In this document: in pieces, positions 1 through 9,686 of the stretch
Numbering within the stretch: position 1 is the stretch's first letter
Layout: every line of letters begins with the position of its first letter
Assembly (NCBI RefSeq): GCF_000284455.1
Contig: NC_017039.1
Coordinates: 1,590,001-1,622,000 of the forward strand
Direction of reading: 5' to 3'
Source: Synechocystis sp. PCC 6803 substr. PCC-P
GTDB taxonomy: Bacteria > Cyanobacteriota > Cyanobacteriia > Cyanobacteriales > Microcystaceae
DNA: 32,000 nucleotides
Notes under the pieces: generated by a model
Told to the model about the DNA's origin: nothing
Databases searched by the model: none
What the model saw: the letters and a program-made list of their open reading frames with translations, nothing else
Program-made: the position numbers and the translations under genes

Positions 1-1392
1 ATTCTCAATGCCCCCTGGGGAGCTAACTCCAAATATGGTATTCGGGCCGCAATTGTGCAGGCAGCCGAGGATCCAGAAGGGGGACTAAGCCTCATCAATT
101 TCATCAAAAAGTATCCCACCGATATCCATTTCCAAGGGGAAGTGGTGGAAGAACGGGCCCGGGCGGTGGAACTGCTAGTTAAAGCTTCCGAACACTTCAT
201 TGATAAGATGATTGCCCTCTCGGAAATTGAGGCGGCTTCAGAAGGGGATATCAACTTTAGTGCTTTACCAGATCCCACTGAAATGGGCCCCTACGGTGTG
301 GCCCCCAAAGAAACCTGGTGGTTAAACGACCAAAGTCGTAACCGTCGTTTTTACGTGGATGTTTACCGCCCCCAACGCTGGAAAGAAGGCAAAACACCAG
401 TTTTAGTTTTTTCCCATGGTTTGGCTTCCCGTCCGGAAGATTTCGACAATGCGGCGGAGAAAATGGCCTCCTATGGTTTTGTGGTGGCTTTGCCCCAGCA
501 TCCCGGCAGTGACATTCTCCAGGCCCAAGCTTTACTCAATCGCACTTCTCGCCAGGGTTACTATCCCACCGAGTTTATTGACCGGCCCAAGGATATTAGC
601 TACGTCATTGATGAGTTGGAACGTCGCAATGCCAGTGAGTTCGGCGATCGCCTTAACTTGACCCAGGTAGGGGTGGGGGGCCACTCCTTTGGGGGTTATG
701 GCGCGTTAGCTGTGGCCGGGGCCACCATTGACTGGGATTTTTTGAAATCGGAATGTCGCATTGGCCAAGGAGTCCCCAACACGGCCCTGTTATTGCAATG
801 CGATGCCCTAACCCTGCCCCGGTCCGATTATGACTTCCGAGACCCCCGGGTAGTGGCAGTGCTGGCGGCCAATCCTGTTAACAGTGCGATCTTTGGCGTA
901 TCGGGACTGCATAAGGTTACGGTCCCAGTTCTATTGCTTGGGGGCAGTTATGATCCAGCCACTCCTTTTGTGTTGGAACAGGCCCGTTCTTTCCCTCGCT
1001 TGGCCAGTCGTGATAAGTATCTAACTTTGATGGAAGGGCAAGCCCACGTAGATTTCTCCAAAATTGATGCCAATATCAAAAACGTGGTCGAGTCAGTGGA
1101 AGCAGTCAGTTTGAAATTGCCTGATCCAAACCTACTCCACACCTATGGTTCTGCTGTCATGGTGCCCTTTTTCCAGTTGTATGTAGCTGGGGACGAAAGT
1201 TTCCGCCCCCTAGTGGAGAACGGAGCCGCCCATGCCGCCTATTTGAGTCGGGATCAAGAATTCAAGTTTTATCTAATTAGCCAAAAATCCGAGGGAGCTT
1301 TAATTAAGGACATTGAGGAGTTCCGCCGCACCAACGGTCTGACTCCTCCTCCCAATGAGTTTCCCCCCCAAACCATTTCCGATAATTTTTAA
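1..1392 (+). CDS. Alpha/beta hydrolase, cyanobacterial dienelactone hydrolase/PAF-acetylhydrolase-like; 5' end outside window
   Basis: The frame stays open upstream of the track start at 55 to base 1 (ILNAPWGANSKYGIRAAIV...). It contains VFSHGLASRPEDF and the nucleophile elbow GGHSFGGYG. Confidence 0.85.
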   Translation: MLNAPWGANSKYGIRAAIVQAAEDPEGGLSLINFIKKYPTDIHFQGEVVEERARAVELLVKASEHFIDKMIALSEIEAASEGDINFSALPDPTEMGPYGVAPKETWWLNDQSRNRRFYVDVYRPQRWKEGKTPVLVFSHGLASRPEDFDNAAEKMASYGFVVALPQHPGSDILQAQALLNRTSRQGYYPTEFIDRPKDISYVIDELERRNASEFGDRLNLTQVGVGGHSFGGYGALAVAGATIDWDFLKSECRIGQGVPNTALLLQCDALTLPRSDYDFRDPRVVAVLAANPVNSAIFGVSGLHKVTVPVLLLGGSYDPATPFVLEQARSFPRLASRDKYLTLMEGQAHVDFSKIDANIKNVVESVEAVSLKLPDPNLLHTYGSAVMVPFFQLYVAGDESFRPLVENGAAHAAYLSRDQEFKFYLISQKSEGALIKDIEEFRRTNGLTPPPNEFPPQTISDNF

Positions 1393-1404
1393 TGTGAACT
1401 AGCC

Positions 1405-1520
1405 ATGAAAATCACTCTAAATCTTAACGATGATTTTTTCCAAGCAGCAATGAATCTTAGTCCAGATATGACCTTAAAACTGCTATTGAGCATGCTTTAC
1501 AAGCGTACCTAGAACAATAA
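1405..1520 (+). pseudogene. Frameshifted VapB-like antitoxin remnant
   Basis: ATG at 1405 gives MKITLNLNDDFFQAAMNLSPDMTLK. A -1 shift in the A-run 1476-1479 continues as TAIEHALQAYLEQ* (stop 1518-1520), a typical VapB-like C-terminus. The zero frame ends at TAG 1510-1512. Confidence 0.6.
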
Positions 1521-1600
1521 AAATTACTGAAAATCATCAATATATTTGGGACAATAGAATAAGGTCTTGATTATGACTATAAACAACAGGGAACTGTCCA

Positions 1601-1834
1601 ATGGAAGTCATCGTAGATACCAGGATTTGGTCGTTGGCACTGCTAGGACGACAATCCAATTTAAATCAAGATATTACAGCCCAACTTCAGGCTCTCATTC
1701 AGAATGGTCAAACTTTAATCAATACTACTGATTATCAATGTTTGTTAAATCGTAAAGTAGAGTTATGGCCGCAAATCCTTAAATCCTTAGAAAGCTTAAT
1801 CTACCTAGGGACTACGGATAATTTCCCCCTCTAA
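1601..1834 (+). CDS. Short VapC/PIN-like ORF (77 aa), probably truncated or degraded toxin
   Basis: N-terminus MEVIVDTRIWSLALLGRQSNLN resembles the PIN-domain start VDTxxWSLAL. It is only 77 aa and the later acidic PIN motifs are not evident. It lies directly downstream of the VapB-like remnant. Confidence 0.5.
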   Translation: MEVIVDTRIWSLALLGRQSNLNQDITAQLQALIQNGQTLINTTDYQCLLNRKVELWPQILKSLESLIYLGTTDNFPL

Positions 1835-2011
1835 AGAGTAATTCCACCGTTGTCGGCAAGGGGTTTTGCTCTGTGTTGCCGTGGCTGTGCCTGTACTTTG
1901 TCATTAGAATCAGGATTAAACTCCGTTGGCCCATCCCGGCCCTGAATGGCAGGGTTTTCCCGTGTCATACTTTTCGGTAATAATCAGAAATTTAGGTGGT
2001 GTGAAAAAATC

Positions 2012-3028
2012 ATGGCTGTATCCCTTAAGCAAGCCCTAGTAGTAGGCAGCTACATTGTTGGTCAGCGGCTCCAGGGCAAAAAGCGGTTCCCCCTAGTGCT
2101 GATGCTAGAACCCCTATTCCGCTGTAACCTGGCCTGCCAAGGCTGTGGAAAAATTCAACATCCCACGGAAATTCTCAAGCAAAATCTCTCCCCAGAAGAT
2201 TGCTTTCGGGCAGTGGAGGAATGCGGTGCCCCGGTGGTATCCATTCCCGGTGGTGAACCTCTGCTCCATCCTCAAATTGATGAAATTGTCCGGGGCTTGG
2301 TGGCCCGCCGGAAATTCATTTATCTTTGCACCAACGCAATTTTGTTGGAAAAAAGCCTCGACAAATTCCAGCCTTCCCCTTATCTGACTTTCAGCGTCCA
2401 TCTCGATGGCCCCAGGGAACACCACGATAAATGTGTCGATCGCCAAGGGGTATTTGATAAAGCTGTTGCAGCCATTAAAGCAGCTAAGGCCAAAGGATTC
2501 CGGGTTACCACCAACACCACCGTGTTTGAAGGGGCCAACGTGGCAAAAATGCAGGCATTTTTTGACTATCTGCAAACCCTGGGCATTGACGGCATGATGA
2601 TCTCCCCAGGCTATAGCTACGAGTGGGCACCGGATCAAGACCATTTCCTCAAACGGGATCAGACCAAAGCCCTGTTCCGAGAACTACTAGCTCCCTGGAA
2701 TAAAGGTAAAAAAGCCTGGAATTTTAACCACAATCCCCTCTTTTTAGACTTTCTCATGGGGGAAAAGGATTACGATTGCACCCCCTGGGGTAGCCCTAGC
2801 TACAGCGTGCTCGGTTGGCAAAAACCCTGCTACCTACTCAACGAAGGTTATTACCAAAGTTTCCAAGAACTACTGGAAGAAACAAGATGGGAAAATTACG
2901 GTCCCAAAAGCAACAATCCCCAATGCCAGGATTGCATGGTCCACTGTGGCTATGAACCCACCGCGGCCCTCGATGCCCTCCACCCGGCCAATATGGGTCG
3001 GGCCATGGGCAGTTTAATCAGCGCCTAG
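2012..3028 (+). CDS. hpnH: HpnH-like B12-independent radical SAM protein (adenosyl-hopene transferase family)
   Basis: Contains [18 protein letters not shown] (CxxxCxxC radical SAM motif), [13 protein letters not shown], and a C-terminal cysteine-rich [12 protein letters not shown]. The start at 2012 ([12 protein letters not shown]) is preferred over track start 1946. Confidence 0.85.
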   Translation: MAVSLKQALVVGSYIVGQRLQGKKRFPLVLMLEPLFRCNLACQGCGKIQHPTEILKQNLSPEDCFRAVEECGAPVVSIPGGEPLLHPQIDEIVRGLVARRKFIYLCTNAILLEKSLDKFQPSPYLTFSVHLDGPREHHDKCVDRQGVFDKAVAAIKAAKAKGFRVTTNTTVFEGANVAKMQAFFDYLQTLGIDGMMISPGYSYEWAPDQDHFLKRDQTKALFRELLAPWNKGKKAWNFNHNPLFLDFLMGEKDYDCTPWGSPSYSVLGWQKPCYLLNEGYYQSFQELLEETRWENYGPKSNNPQCQDCMVHCGYEPTAALDALHPANMGRAMGSLISA

Positions 3029-3146
3029 GGAGTAATGCCATCGCCAGAAGCCCAAAGATCCCCTATGATTGGCGAAGAAATTTTGAGAATGCCAAAGTTT
3101 ACAATGCCCTGATTGGCACGGTTTCGTTCACGGTCTGGTTATCTGC

Positions 3147-4316
3147 ATGCATATTGCTTGGTTAGGAAAAAAAACGCCCTTTTGCGGCAATGTAACCTAC
3201 GGTCGGGAAGTAACCAATGCATTACTAGACCGGGGCCATCAGGTCAGCTTTTTGCATTTTGCCCAGGAGGAGGAGGGAGAACCCCTGGCGGAAAATGGTT
3301 GCGCGGAAGTGGCCTTACCGTTTCTATTTAAATCAACCGTTTATACCATCCCTACCCCCCGCTCCAGCCGGGTTTTAACCGATGCCCTGGCCAAGTTAAA
3401 GCCGGATTTGGTGCACGCCTCCTTAACCCTTTCTCCCCTGGATTTTCGTTTGCCGGAAATTTGTGAAGAATTGGGCTTACCTTTAATTGCCACCTTCCAT
3501 CCCCCCTTTGACAGTAAGCTACGCAATTTTTCCTCCAGTACCCAGTTTTTGACCTACCAACTCTATGCCCCCTCCTTGGCCCAGTACGATAAGGTAATCA
3601 TCTTTTCCCGACTACAGCGGAACCTTTTACTCAAGTTGGGGGTGCCCCGGCAACGCCTGGCCATCATTCCCAATGGGGTTGCGGTGGAGCGCTATTGTCC
3701 AGGGCAAAATGACCTGAAAAAAGAGTACCAGGCCGAACGGTTATTCATTTATCTGGGACGCATTGCCCCGGAAAAGAACGTGGAAGCTCTGCTCAAAGGT
3801 TGGAAATTTTCCGACATGGGCCCCCATTGCAAACTGCTGATGGTGGGGGACGGCATTTTAAAATCGACTCTGCAAACCCACTACGGCCCGGAAATGGGAG
3901 TCCATTGGTTGGGCTTCGTGGCCGATGAATTGACCAGGATTCAACTGTTGCGGGCTGCCGATGCCTTTATTTTGCCTTCCTTGGTGGAGGGTTTATCCCT
4001 ATCTTTATTGGAAGCCATGGCCTGTGGCACAGCCTGTGTGGCCACCGACGCTGGAGCGGATGGGGAAGTGCTGGAAAATGGGGCGGGCATTGTGCTCAAA
4101 ACCCAGGGGGTGACTGCCCAACTCAAAATTCTTTTGCCGCTACTACGGGACCATCCAGAGATTACGGATTTGTTGGGACGCAAAGCGAGGGAAAGGGTGT
4201 TGGAGCGCTACACCTTTGCGGCCAATATGGTGCAATTGGAATCCCTCTATAAAACTTTGGTGCCCCACCAAGCCCATTCTACGAACCTAAGTTCCTATTT
4301 TTATCTGCTGGAATGA
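3147..4316 (+). CDS. dgdA: GT4-family glycosyltransferase, digalactosyldiacylglycerol synthase-like (slr1508-type, also named KtrE)
   Basis: Glycosyltransferase features ...IYLGRIAPEKNVEALLKGW... and EGLSLSLLEAMACGTACVATDAGADGE. Located immediately upstream of ktrB, as in Synechocystis 6803. Confidence 0.8.
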   Translation: MHIAWLGKKTPFCGNVTYGREVTNALLDRGHQVSFLHFAQEEEGEPLAENGCAEVALPFLFKSTVYTIPTPRSSRVLTDALAKLKPDLVHASLTLSPLDFRLPEICEELGLPLIATFHPPFDSKLRNFSSSTQFLTYQLYAPSLAQYDKVIIFSRLQRNLLLKLGVPRQRLAIIPNGVAVERYCPGQNDLKKEYQAERLFIYLGRIAPEKNVEALLKGWKFSDMGPHCKLLMVGDGILKSTLQTHYGPEMGVHWLGFVADELTRIQLLRAADAFILPSLVEGLSLSLLEAMACGTACVATDAGADGEVLENGAGIVLKTQGVTAQLKILLPLLRDHPEITDLLGRKARERVLERYTFAANMVQLESLYKTLVPHQAHSTNLSSYFYLLE

Positions 4317-5647
4317 CTATTTCCCGTACCATTTGCCTTGGTTTCATTGCGGCGATCGCCGGGGGAACATTACTGTTGCTGATGCCCCTTGCCACCAGTA
4401 CTGGGGAGTGGGGTAATCCCTTGGTGGCTTTGTTTACTGCCACTTCCGCTGTTTGTGTGACGGGGCTCAGTGTGGTGGATGTGAACAAGTACTTTTCCTT
4501 TTGGGGAGAATTGACTGTCATGTTGCTGGCCCAGTTGGGGGGGTTGGGCTACATGACCCTGACCACTTTTTTGATGATCCTGATTGGGCGCAAATTTGAC
4601 CTCCAGCAACGGTTTGCCATCCAAGAATCCTTTGACCATCGTTTTGCCCAGGGCAGCAATAATTTAATCAAATCAGTCATTGCCACCACGCTAATTTTTG
4701 AAGTTACTGGTACTATAGTTCTTTTTTTTGTTTTCCTTCAGGACTATCCTCCCCCCCGGGCCCTTTGGTATGCCGTTTTCCACAGCGTCAGTGCTTTTAA
4801 TAATGCTGGTTTTAGTCTTTTTGCCGATAACTTAATCGGCTATCAAACCTCCGTGCCCCTTAATTTGACCGTTTCAGCCCTAATTATTTTTGGTGGCATT
4901 GGCTACCAGGTAATTATCGAGTCCTATTTCTGGTTAGTGCGAAAGGTAAAAAAATCCCAACGACCCTTTGCCTTTTCCCTTAACCTACGGGTGGTGGTGC
5001 GGGTGACTATTTTCCTGCTGTTGTTAGGCTTTTTCGGCATTCTGATTTTAGAGGCCCAGGGCAATCGAGCTTTTGCTCAGTTTTCTTTCCAGGATCGTTT
5101 ACTGGTCGCCTGGTTCCAGTCGGTGACTACCCGGACAGCGGGCTTTAACACCATTGATTTGAATGAGCTGAGTTCTACTAGTTTGGTGCTGGTGATGTTG
5201 TTGATGTTCATTGGGGCTAGTCCCAGTGGCACCGGCGGCGGAATCAAAACCACCACCTTTGCCATTTTGGCCAACTGCACCCGGTCAGCTCTGCGGGGCC
5301 AGGAAAGGGTAATTATTGATGACCGCTGTATTCCACCCCAGTTAATTCTCAAGGCGATCGCCGTGGTGTTTGGTTCGATGGTGACGGTGATTTCCAGCAT
5401 AAGTTTGTTGATTTTCCTGGAGTCGGAGCAGGAAGCGGTGTCCTTGGCATTTGAAGCGGTGTCTGCCTTTGCCACAGTAGGGCTTTCCTTGGGCACTACC
5501 CCAGAGCTAAAACCCCTTTCCCAACTGGTCTTAATTGTCACCATGTTCATTGGTCGGGTGGGCATTACCATTTTGATGGCGGCGATCGTGGGGGATCCTA
5601 AGCCAAGTTTGATTAAATATCCAGAGGAAAATTTGCTGGTAGGCTAA
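4313..5647 (+). CDS. ktrB: Na+-dependent K+ transporter membrane subunit KtrB (NtpJ/TrkH family)
   Basis: 444 aa membrane protein with P-loop-type segments SAVCVTGLSVVD, SAFNNAGFSLF, TAGFNTID, FIGASPSGTGGGIKTTT. 4-bp ATGA overlap with the upstream ORF. Confidence 0.9.
   Translation: MTISRTICLGFIAAIAGGTLLLLMPLATSTGEWGNPLVALFTATSAVCVTGLSVVDVNKYFSFWGELTVMLLAQLGGLGYMTLTTFLMILIGRKFDLQQRFAIQESFDHRFAQGSNNLIKSVIATTLIFEVTGTIVLFFVFLQDYPPPRALWYAVFHSVSAFNNAGFSLFADNLIGYQTSVPLNLTVSALIIFGGIGYQVIIESYFWLVRKVKKSQRPFAFSLNLRVVVRVTIFLLLLGFFGILILEAQGNRAFAQFSFQDRLLVAWFQSVTTRTAGFNTIDLNELSSTSLVLVMLLMFIGASPSGTGGGIKTTTFAILANCTRSALRGQERVIIDDRCIPPQLILKAIAVVFGSMVTVISSISLLIFLESEQEAVSLAFEAVSAFATVGLSLGTTPELKPLSQLVLIVTMFIGRVGITILMAAIVGDPKPSLIKYPEENLLVG
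4352..4359. repeat. HIP1 octamer (GCGATCGC), one representative of many dispersed across the core region
   Basis: Exact GCGATCGC here. Others are seen at, for example, 644-651, inside plsX, upstream of fabH, in ictB, leuB, menA, and pepA. Confidence 0.9.
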
Positions 5648-5822
5648 TCCGGCTTCCCTATTCTGTTGAATAACAACGATATCAAGGTAGCCCATTTTGT
5701 CAGTAGGCCCCTCAGGGAAAAACAAGCCTAGGTTATGGATCAAGTTAGTTAGATGGATGGGGAAAAGTTCTGCTTAACCGGGCGGTCTGCTACAATTTTT
5801 GAGATTCAATGGGTTTTGATCA

Positions 5823-6869
5823 ATGGCTGTAACGCGGGCGAAAATTGCTTTAGACGCAATGGGCGGTGACTATGCCCCCGAAGAGATTGTTATCGGTGCT
5901 ATCCGGGCGAGTCAGGAATTAGATGTAGATATTTTCCTTGTCGGCGATCGCCAGGCCATTGAGGATTGTTTAAACCGCCATCCCCATCAGGGCATTAACC
6001 TTACCATTGTCGATGCGGAAGGGGTGGTGGAAATGGAAGAAGATGCGGTGGTGGTGCGCCGTAAGCCCAAGGCGTCCATTAATGTGGCGATGAATTTGGT
6101 CAAAGAAAAACAAGCCGATGCGGTGGTGTCCGCTGGCCATTCGGGAGCGGCCATGGCGGCGGCCCTACTGCGGCTGGGCCGTTTAAAAGGCATTGACCGG
6201 CCGGCGATCGGCACCTTATTTCCCACAATGGTTCCCGGCAAATCGGTAATTGTGCTAGACGTGGGGGCCAATGTGGATTGCAAGCCTAAATACCTGGAAC
6301 AGTTTGCCCTCATGGGAACGGTGTACAGCCAATATGTGTTGGGGGTTGATAGCCCCAAGGTTGGTCTGCTGAACATTGGTGAAGAGTCTAATAAAGGTAA
6401 CACCCTCGCCCTGCAAACCCATGAATTGTTGCAGAGTAATCCGGAAATTCCCTTTGTGGGCAACGCCGAAGGAAGGGACGTACTTTCCGGTAATTTTGAT
6501 GTGATTGTTTGTGATGGTTTTGTCGGCAATATTGTGCTTAAATTTGCCGAAGCGGTGGGGGAAATTTTACTGAGCATTGTTAAAGAAGAACTACCCAGGG
6601 GCTGGCGGGGCAAATTGGGGGCCATTATTTTAGCCCCCAACCTCAAACGCATTAAGCAACGGGTGGACCATGCCGAACATGGAGGAGCCTTACTATTCGG
6701 GGTCGATGGGGTTTGTGTAATTAGCCATGGTAGTTCCCGCAGTGGCTCCATTTTTAACGCCATTCGCCTAGCTAAGGAGGCGATCGATAATCAGGTTTCT
6801 GTGCGCATTAACAGTTCCACTTCCCTATTAATGGAACGACAAAAAACAGAGGAATTACAGAATATCTAG
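5823..6869 (+). CDS. plsX: Phosphate acyltransferase PlsX
   Basis: IALDAMGGDYAPEEIV start; SAGHSGAAMAAALLRLGRLKGIDRPAIGTLFP; C-terminal HGGALLFGVDGVCVISHGSS. Confidence 0.95.
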   Translation: MAVTRAKIALDAMGGDYAPEEIVIGAIRASQELDVDIFLVGDRQAIEDCLNRHPHQGINLTIVDAEGVVEMEEDAVVVRRKPKASINVAMNLVKEKQADAVVSAGHSGAAMAAALLRLGRLKGIDRPAIGTLFPTMVPGKSVIVLDVGANVDCKPKYLEQFALMGTVYSQYVLGVDSPKVGLLNIGEESNKGNTLALQTHELLQSNPEIPFVGNAEGRDVLSGNFDVIVCDGFVGNIVLKFAEAVGEILLSIVKEELPRGWRGKLGAIILAPNLKRIKQRVDHAEHGGALLFGVDGVCVISHGSSRSGSIFNAIRLAKEAIDNQVSVRINSSTSLLMERQKTEELQNI

Positions 6870-6963
6870 AAACTCCCCCCGGCCATAGTGACTCAGGGGC
6901 CAGCTTTGTCCTATGCTTTAAGCCTGTAATCGCTCACCATGACATCAGCGGGAGTCAGGACTT

Positions 6964-7956
6964 TTGAATACCCTTGGCAGTGGCCTCAAAATTATTGGCA
7001 GTGGCACGGCGATCGCCGACCAGAGTTTAACAAATCAAGACCTGAGCAACATTGTCGAGACCTCCGACGAGTGGATCCAGTCCCGCACGGGGATGCGCCA
7101 ACGCTACATTTGTTCGGCCCAGGAAAATTTGGCCAGTTTGGGGGTAAAGGCCGGCCAAAAAGCCCTGGCCATGGCGGGACTACAACCGGAAGACCTGGAT
7201 TTAATTATTCTGGCCACCTCCACCCCCGATGATTTATTTGGCACTGCAGCCCAAATTCAAGGGGGATTGGGGGCCACCAGAGCCTTTGCCTTTGACATAA
7301 CGGCGGCCTGTTCTGGTTTTGTGGTGGGGTTGAACGTAGCAGCCCAATTTTTACGCACCGGGGTTTACCAAAGGGTTTTAATAGTGGGAGGGGATGTACT
7401 TTCCCGTTGGGTGGACTGGTCGGACCGCACCACCTGTGTGTTATTCGGTGATGGAGCCGGAGCCGTGGTGCTACAACGCCAAGCCCAGGACAATTTGCTC
7501 GCCTTTGAAATGTACACCGATGGCACTGGCAATGGCTGTCTTAATTTGTCCTATCAAGCAAACCCTCAACCTTTAACAGCAGAAAAAACCGTTGCCCAGG
7601 GCACCTATCAAGCCATCACCATGAACGGCCGGGAAGTGTACCGTTTTGCCGTGGCTAAGGTGCCCGAAATCATCGAAAAAGTACTGTTTAAAGCCCAGTT
7701 GACCACCTCCGACTTGGACTGGGTAATTCTTCACCAAGCCAATCAACGCATTATGGATGCGGTGGGCGATCGCCTGGGTATTCCATCCGAGAAAATCATC
7801 AGTAATGTAGGGGAATACGGCAACACTTCGGCAGCTTCCATTCCCCTGGCTTTGGATCAAGCGGTGCGGGAAGGGAAAATTAAAGAGGGAGACCTAATCG
7901 CCCTGGCCGGCTTTGGGGCCGGCTTAACCTGGGCTGCTAGCATAGTGCGGTGGTAA
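6964..7956 (+). CDS. fabH: 3-oxoacyl-ACP synthase III (FabH)
   Basis: SDEWIQSRTGMRQRYI, active-site AFDITAACSGFVVGL, WVILHQANQRI, and NVGEYGNTSAASIPLAL; follows plsX. Confidence 0.95.
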   Translation: MNTLGSGLKIIGSGTAIADQSLTNQDLSNIVETSDEWIQSRTGMRQRYICSAQENLASLGVKAGQKALAMAGLQPEDLDLIILATSTPDDLFGTAAQIQGGLGATRAFAFDITAACSGFVVGLNVAAQFLRTGVYQRVLIVGGDVLSRWVDWSDRTTCVLFGDGAGAVVLQRQAQDNLLAFEMYTDGTGNGCLNLSYQANPQPLTAEKTVAQGTYQAITMNGREVYRFAVAKVPEIIEKVLFKAQLTTSDLDWVILHQANQRIMDAVGDRLGIPSEKIISNVGEYGNTSAASIPLALDQAVREGKIKEGDLIALAGFGAGLTWAASIVRW

Positions 7957-7999
7957 ATAATCAACAGTCTAAAGTAGTTAGTAGTTACTAGGCAATGGA

Positions 8000-8590
8000 T
8001 TAGTAAACGTGGAAGGAGCTGGCCACTGTGTCAAACAGACTTTTCACTGTGTCCCAGCGGTCTTCTGCCGTGGATAAATCAAACGTAATTAACTTACCCC
8101 GGTTAGTGGTCACACTGGCCAAATCGTGGCGCTCCACATTGTCCCCCACCAACACCCGGTACTCCAGAGTGTAATAAACCTGACCGTCCTCATCCCTTGC
8201 CTCCGCATTAATTAATTCCGCCTGGCGATCGCCTTGGGAAGCATCGTTGACGGTTTTCATAAAGCGGTAACCCACATCGGTGGCTGTGCCCAAATCCGTC
8301 AAGGTTTTATCGCTGGGGATTTCACTAATAATCACGCTCAAATTTTCATCCCGCTCAATCAGGTCCCGGAACACCACATCCACCCCAGGGGAAGCCCCCT
8401 TAACGTCCACCCCAATCCAACCATTGGGATAAAGAAACTCATAACCATCTTTGGTGTCACTGTAGCGTTGCAGACTGGCAATGCCCACTCCTCCACAGGC
8501 GGTGAGGGTAAAGCTCAGCAGTAAAGTTACCAGGACTACAGCAGTGGATAGGGACTTTTTCAACATGGGAGAAAGGGAAGAACTGGGCAA
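8000..8590 (-). CDS. PsbP-like lipoprotein (CyanoP, photosystem II associated)
   Basis: Lipobox LLLSFTLTACGG; PsbP-like YSDTKDGYEFLYPNGWIGVDVKGASPGVDVVFRDLIERDENLSVIIS. Confidence 0.85.
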   Translation of the reverse strand: MPSSSLSPMLKKSLSTAVVLVTLLLSFTLTACGGVGIASLQRYSDTKDGYEFLYPNGWIGVDVKGASPGVDVVFRDLIERDENLSVIISEIPSDKTLTDLGTATDVGYRFMKTVNDASQGDRQAELINAEARDEDGQVYYTLEYRVLVGDNVERHDLASVTTNRGKLITFDLSTAEDRWDTVKSLFDTVASSFHVY

Positions 8591-8769
8591 GAAGGCAAAA
8601 TTACCTTTCCTTACCCATTAAACCTCCAATGGTTGACCAGAAACTAGAGGTAGAATGATTCCCGCCAGAAAAAGAAGTTTAACAATTTGCCATGGGCACT
8701 GTTCTGAAGCGGGGAGGAAGGCTATGGCCTCCTCAACCAATTTATTTCCTGCCTAACCCAGGGGACGTT

Positions 8770-8795
8770 GTTGAGGCTATAAGTTGAGGCTATAA
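8770..8795. repeat. Two-copy perfect 13-bp tandem repeat (GTTGAGGCTATAA x2)
   Basis: Bases 8770-8782 and 8783-8795 read identically. Confidence 0.9.
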
Positions 8796-9071
8796 ATTTA
8801 ACTTATTAAAAGGTTCGACAAATTTGAGATAGTTTTGTGGCAAAGATACTGCTTAGGAACCAAATATTGCATAAACTTAGAGATATAGTTTTTTCTAAAA
8901 AAATAGTCTTATTTCTATCTATTGAATCGGGGCAATTTAAACTCAGAATAGATTAGTTGTTCCCAGCTGAAACCATCGTGTGCTTTTTCCAGAGGCGTTT
9001 TTGGCAATTTTTCCTCTGGTAAATTTCACCGACTTTGGGGCAATGCTCATAATCACCATAGAGTGAAATCC

Positions 9072-9314
9072 ATGAACAAGTTTGAATCAAGACAATCGGA
9101 ACCAAAGACAAATAACAATGCTGGTTGGATAATTCATGTGTATGATAAAAGTCGCCGTCTTTTATTTGTTCTAGAACCTTCCCACGCTTGGCTCTTTTTC
9201 CTGGGTTGTGGTGTCGGCTTACTACTGTCGGTGGTTTGGGTCAATGTTGCTCGCCATAGTCCTCCGCTAGAATCCTCCCCAGTCAAGGTCTCGCCTCCCT
9301 TCCAGGTCGACTAG
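9072..9314 (+). CDS. Small single-TM hypothetical protein
   Basis: Open frame MNKFESRQSEP... with hydrophobic segment AWLFFLGCGVGLLLSVVWV. The ATG at 9072 is preferred to the upstream GTG at 9063. Confidence 0.55.
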   Translation: MNKFESRQSEPKTNNNAGWIIHVYDKSRRLLFVLEPSHAWLFFLGCGVGLLLSVVWVNVARHSPPLESSPVKVSPPFQVD

Positions 9315-9686
9315 TCACAACAATTTAAAAATCAGAAAAATTGTCCCATTGATCAACTTACAGGGGGCCATTGAGCAAAATCCGGGGTCACCATCTAGTC
9401 CCCAAAAAGCTGGCGATCGCCAAATAATAGTAAAACTTATCATTCAAATTTAAAATTACTTAGCAGATCCAGGGGGACAACTGCAAAATTGGTCGGATTT
9501 ACATATAGACTTTAGCTTATAGATTTCAAGACATAGGCATTCAAACCTGCATAGACAAGAGTCTATACAGAGCGAAGCCAATGGGGTTCATTGCCCCTGG
9601 AAAGATCAAGCAAACTGCCGAAGATTCAGGGCCAAGCTTTACTACCCCAATCCCCATAAATTTCAACCAAGGAGACAATTTACATT

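Noticed and set aside
2114-2644. 176-aa minus-strand ORF
   Set aside because: Fully antisense to the HpnH-like gene, which has strong radical SAM motifs.
5077-5571. 164-aa minus-strand ORF
   Set aside because: Antisense to ktrB; a shadow ORF.
5987-6763. 258-aa ORF on the minus strand
   Set aside because: Completely antisense to plsX, low-complexity Ser/Thr/Pro-rich shadow translation with no recognisable motifs.
6939-7232. 97-aa plus-strand ORF overlapping the fabH start
   Set aside because: Overlaps the well-supported fabH N-terminus in another frame; no protein-family features.
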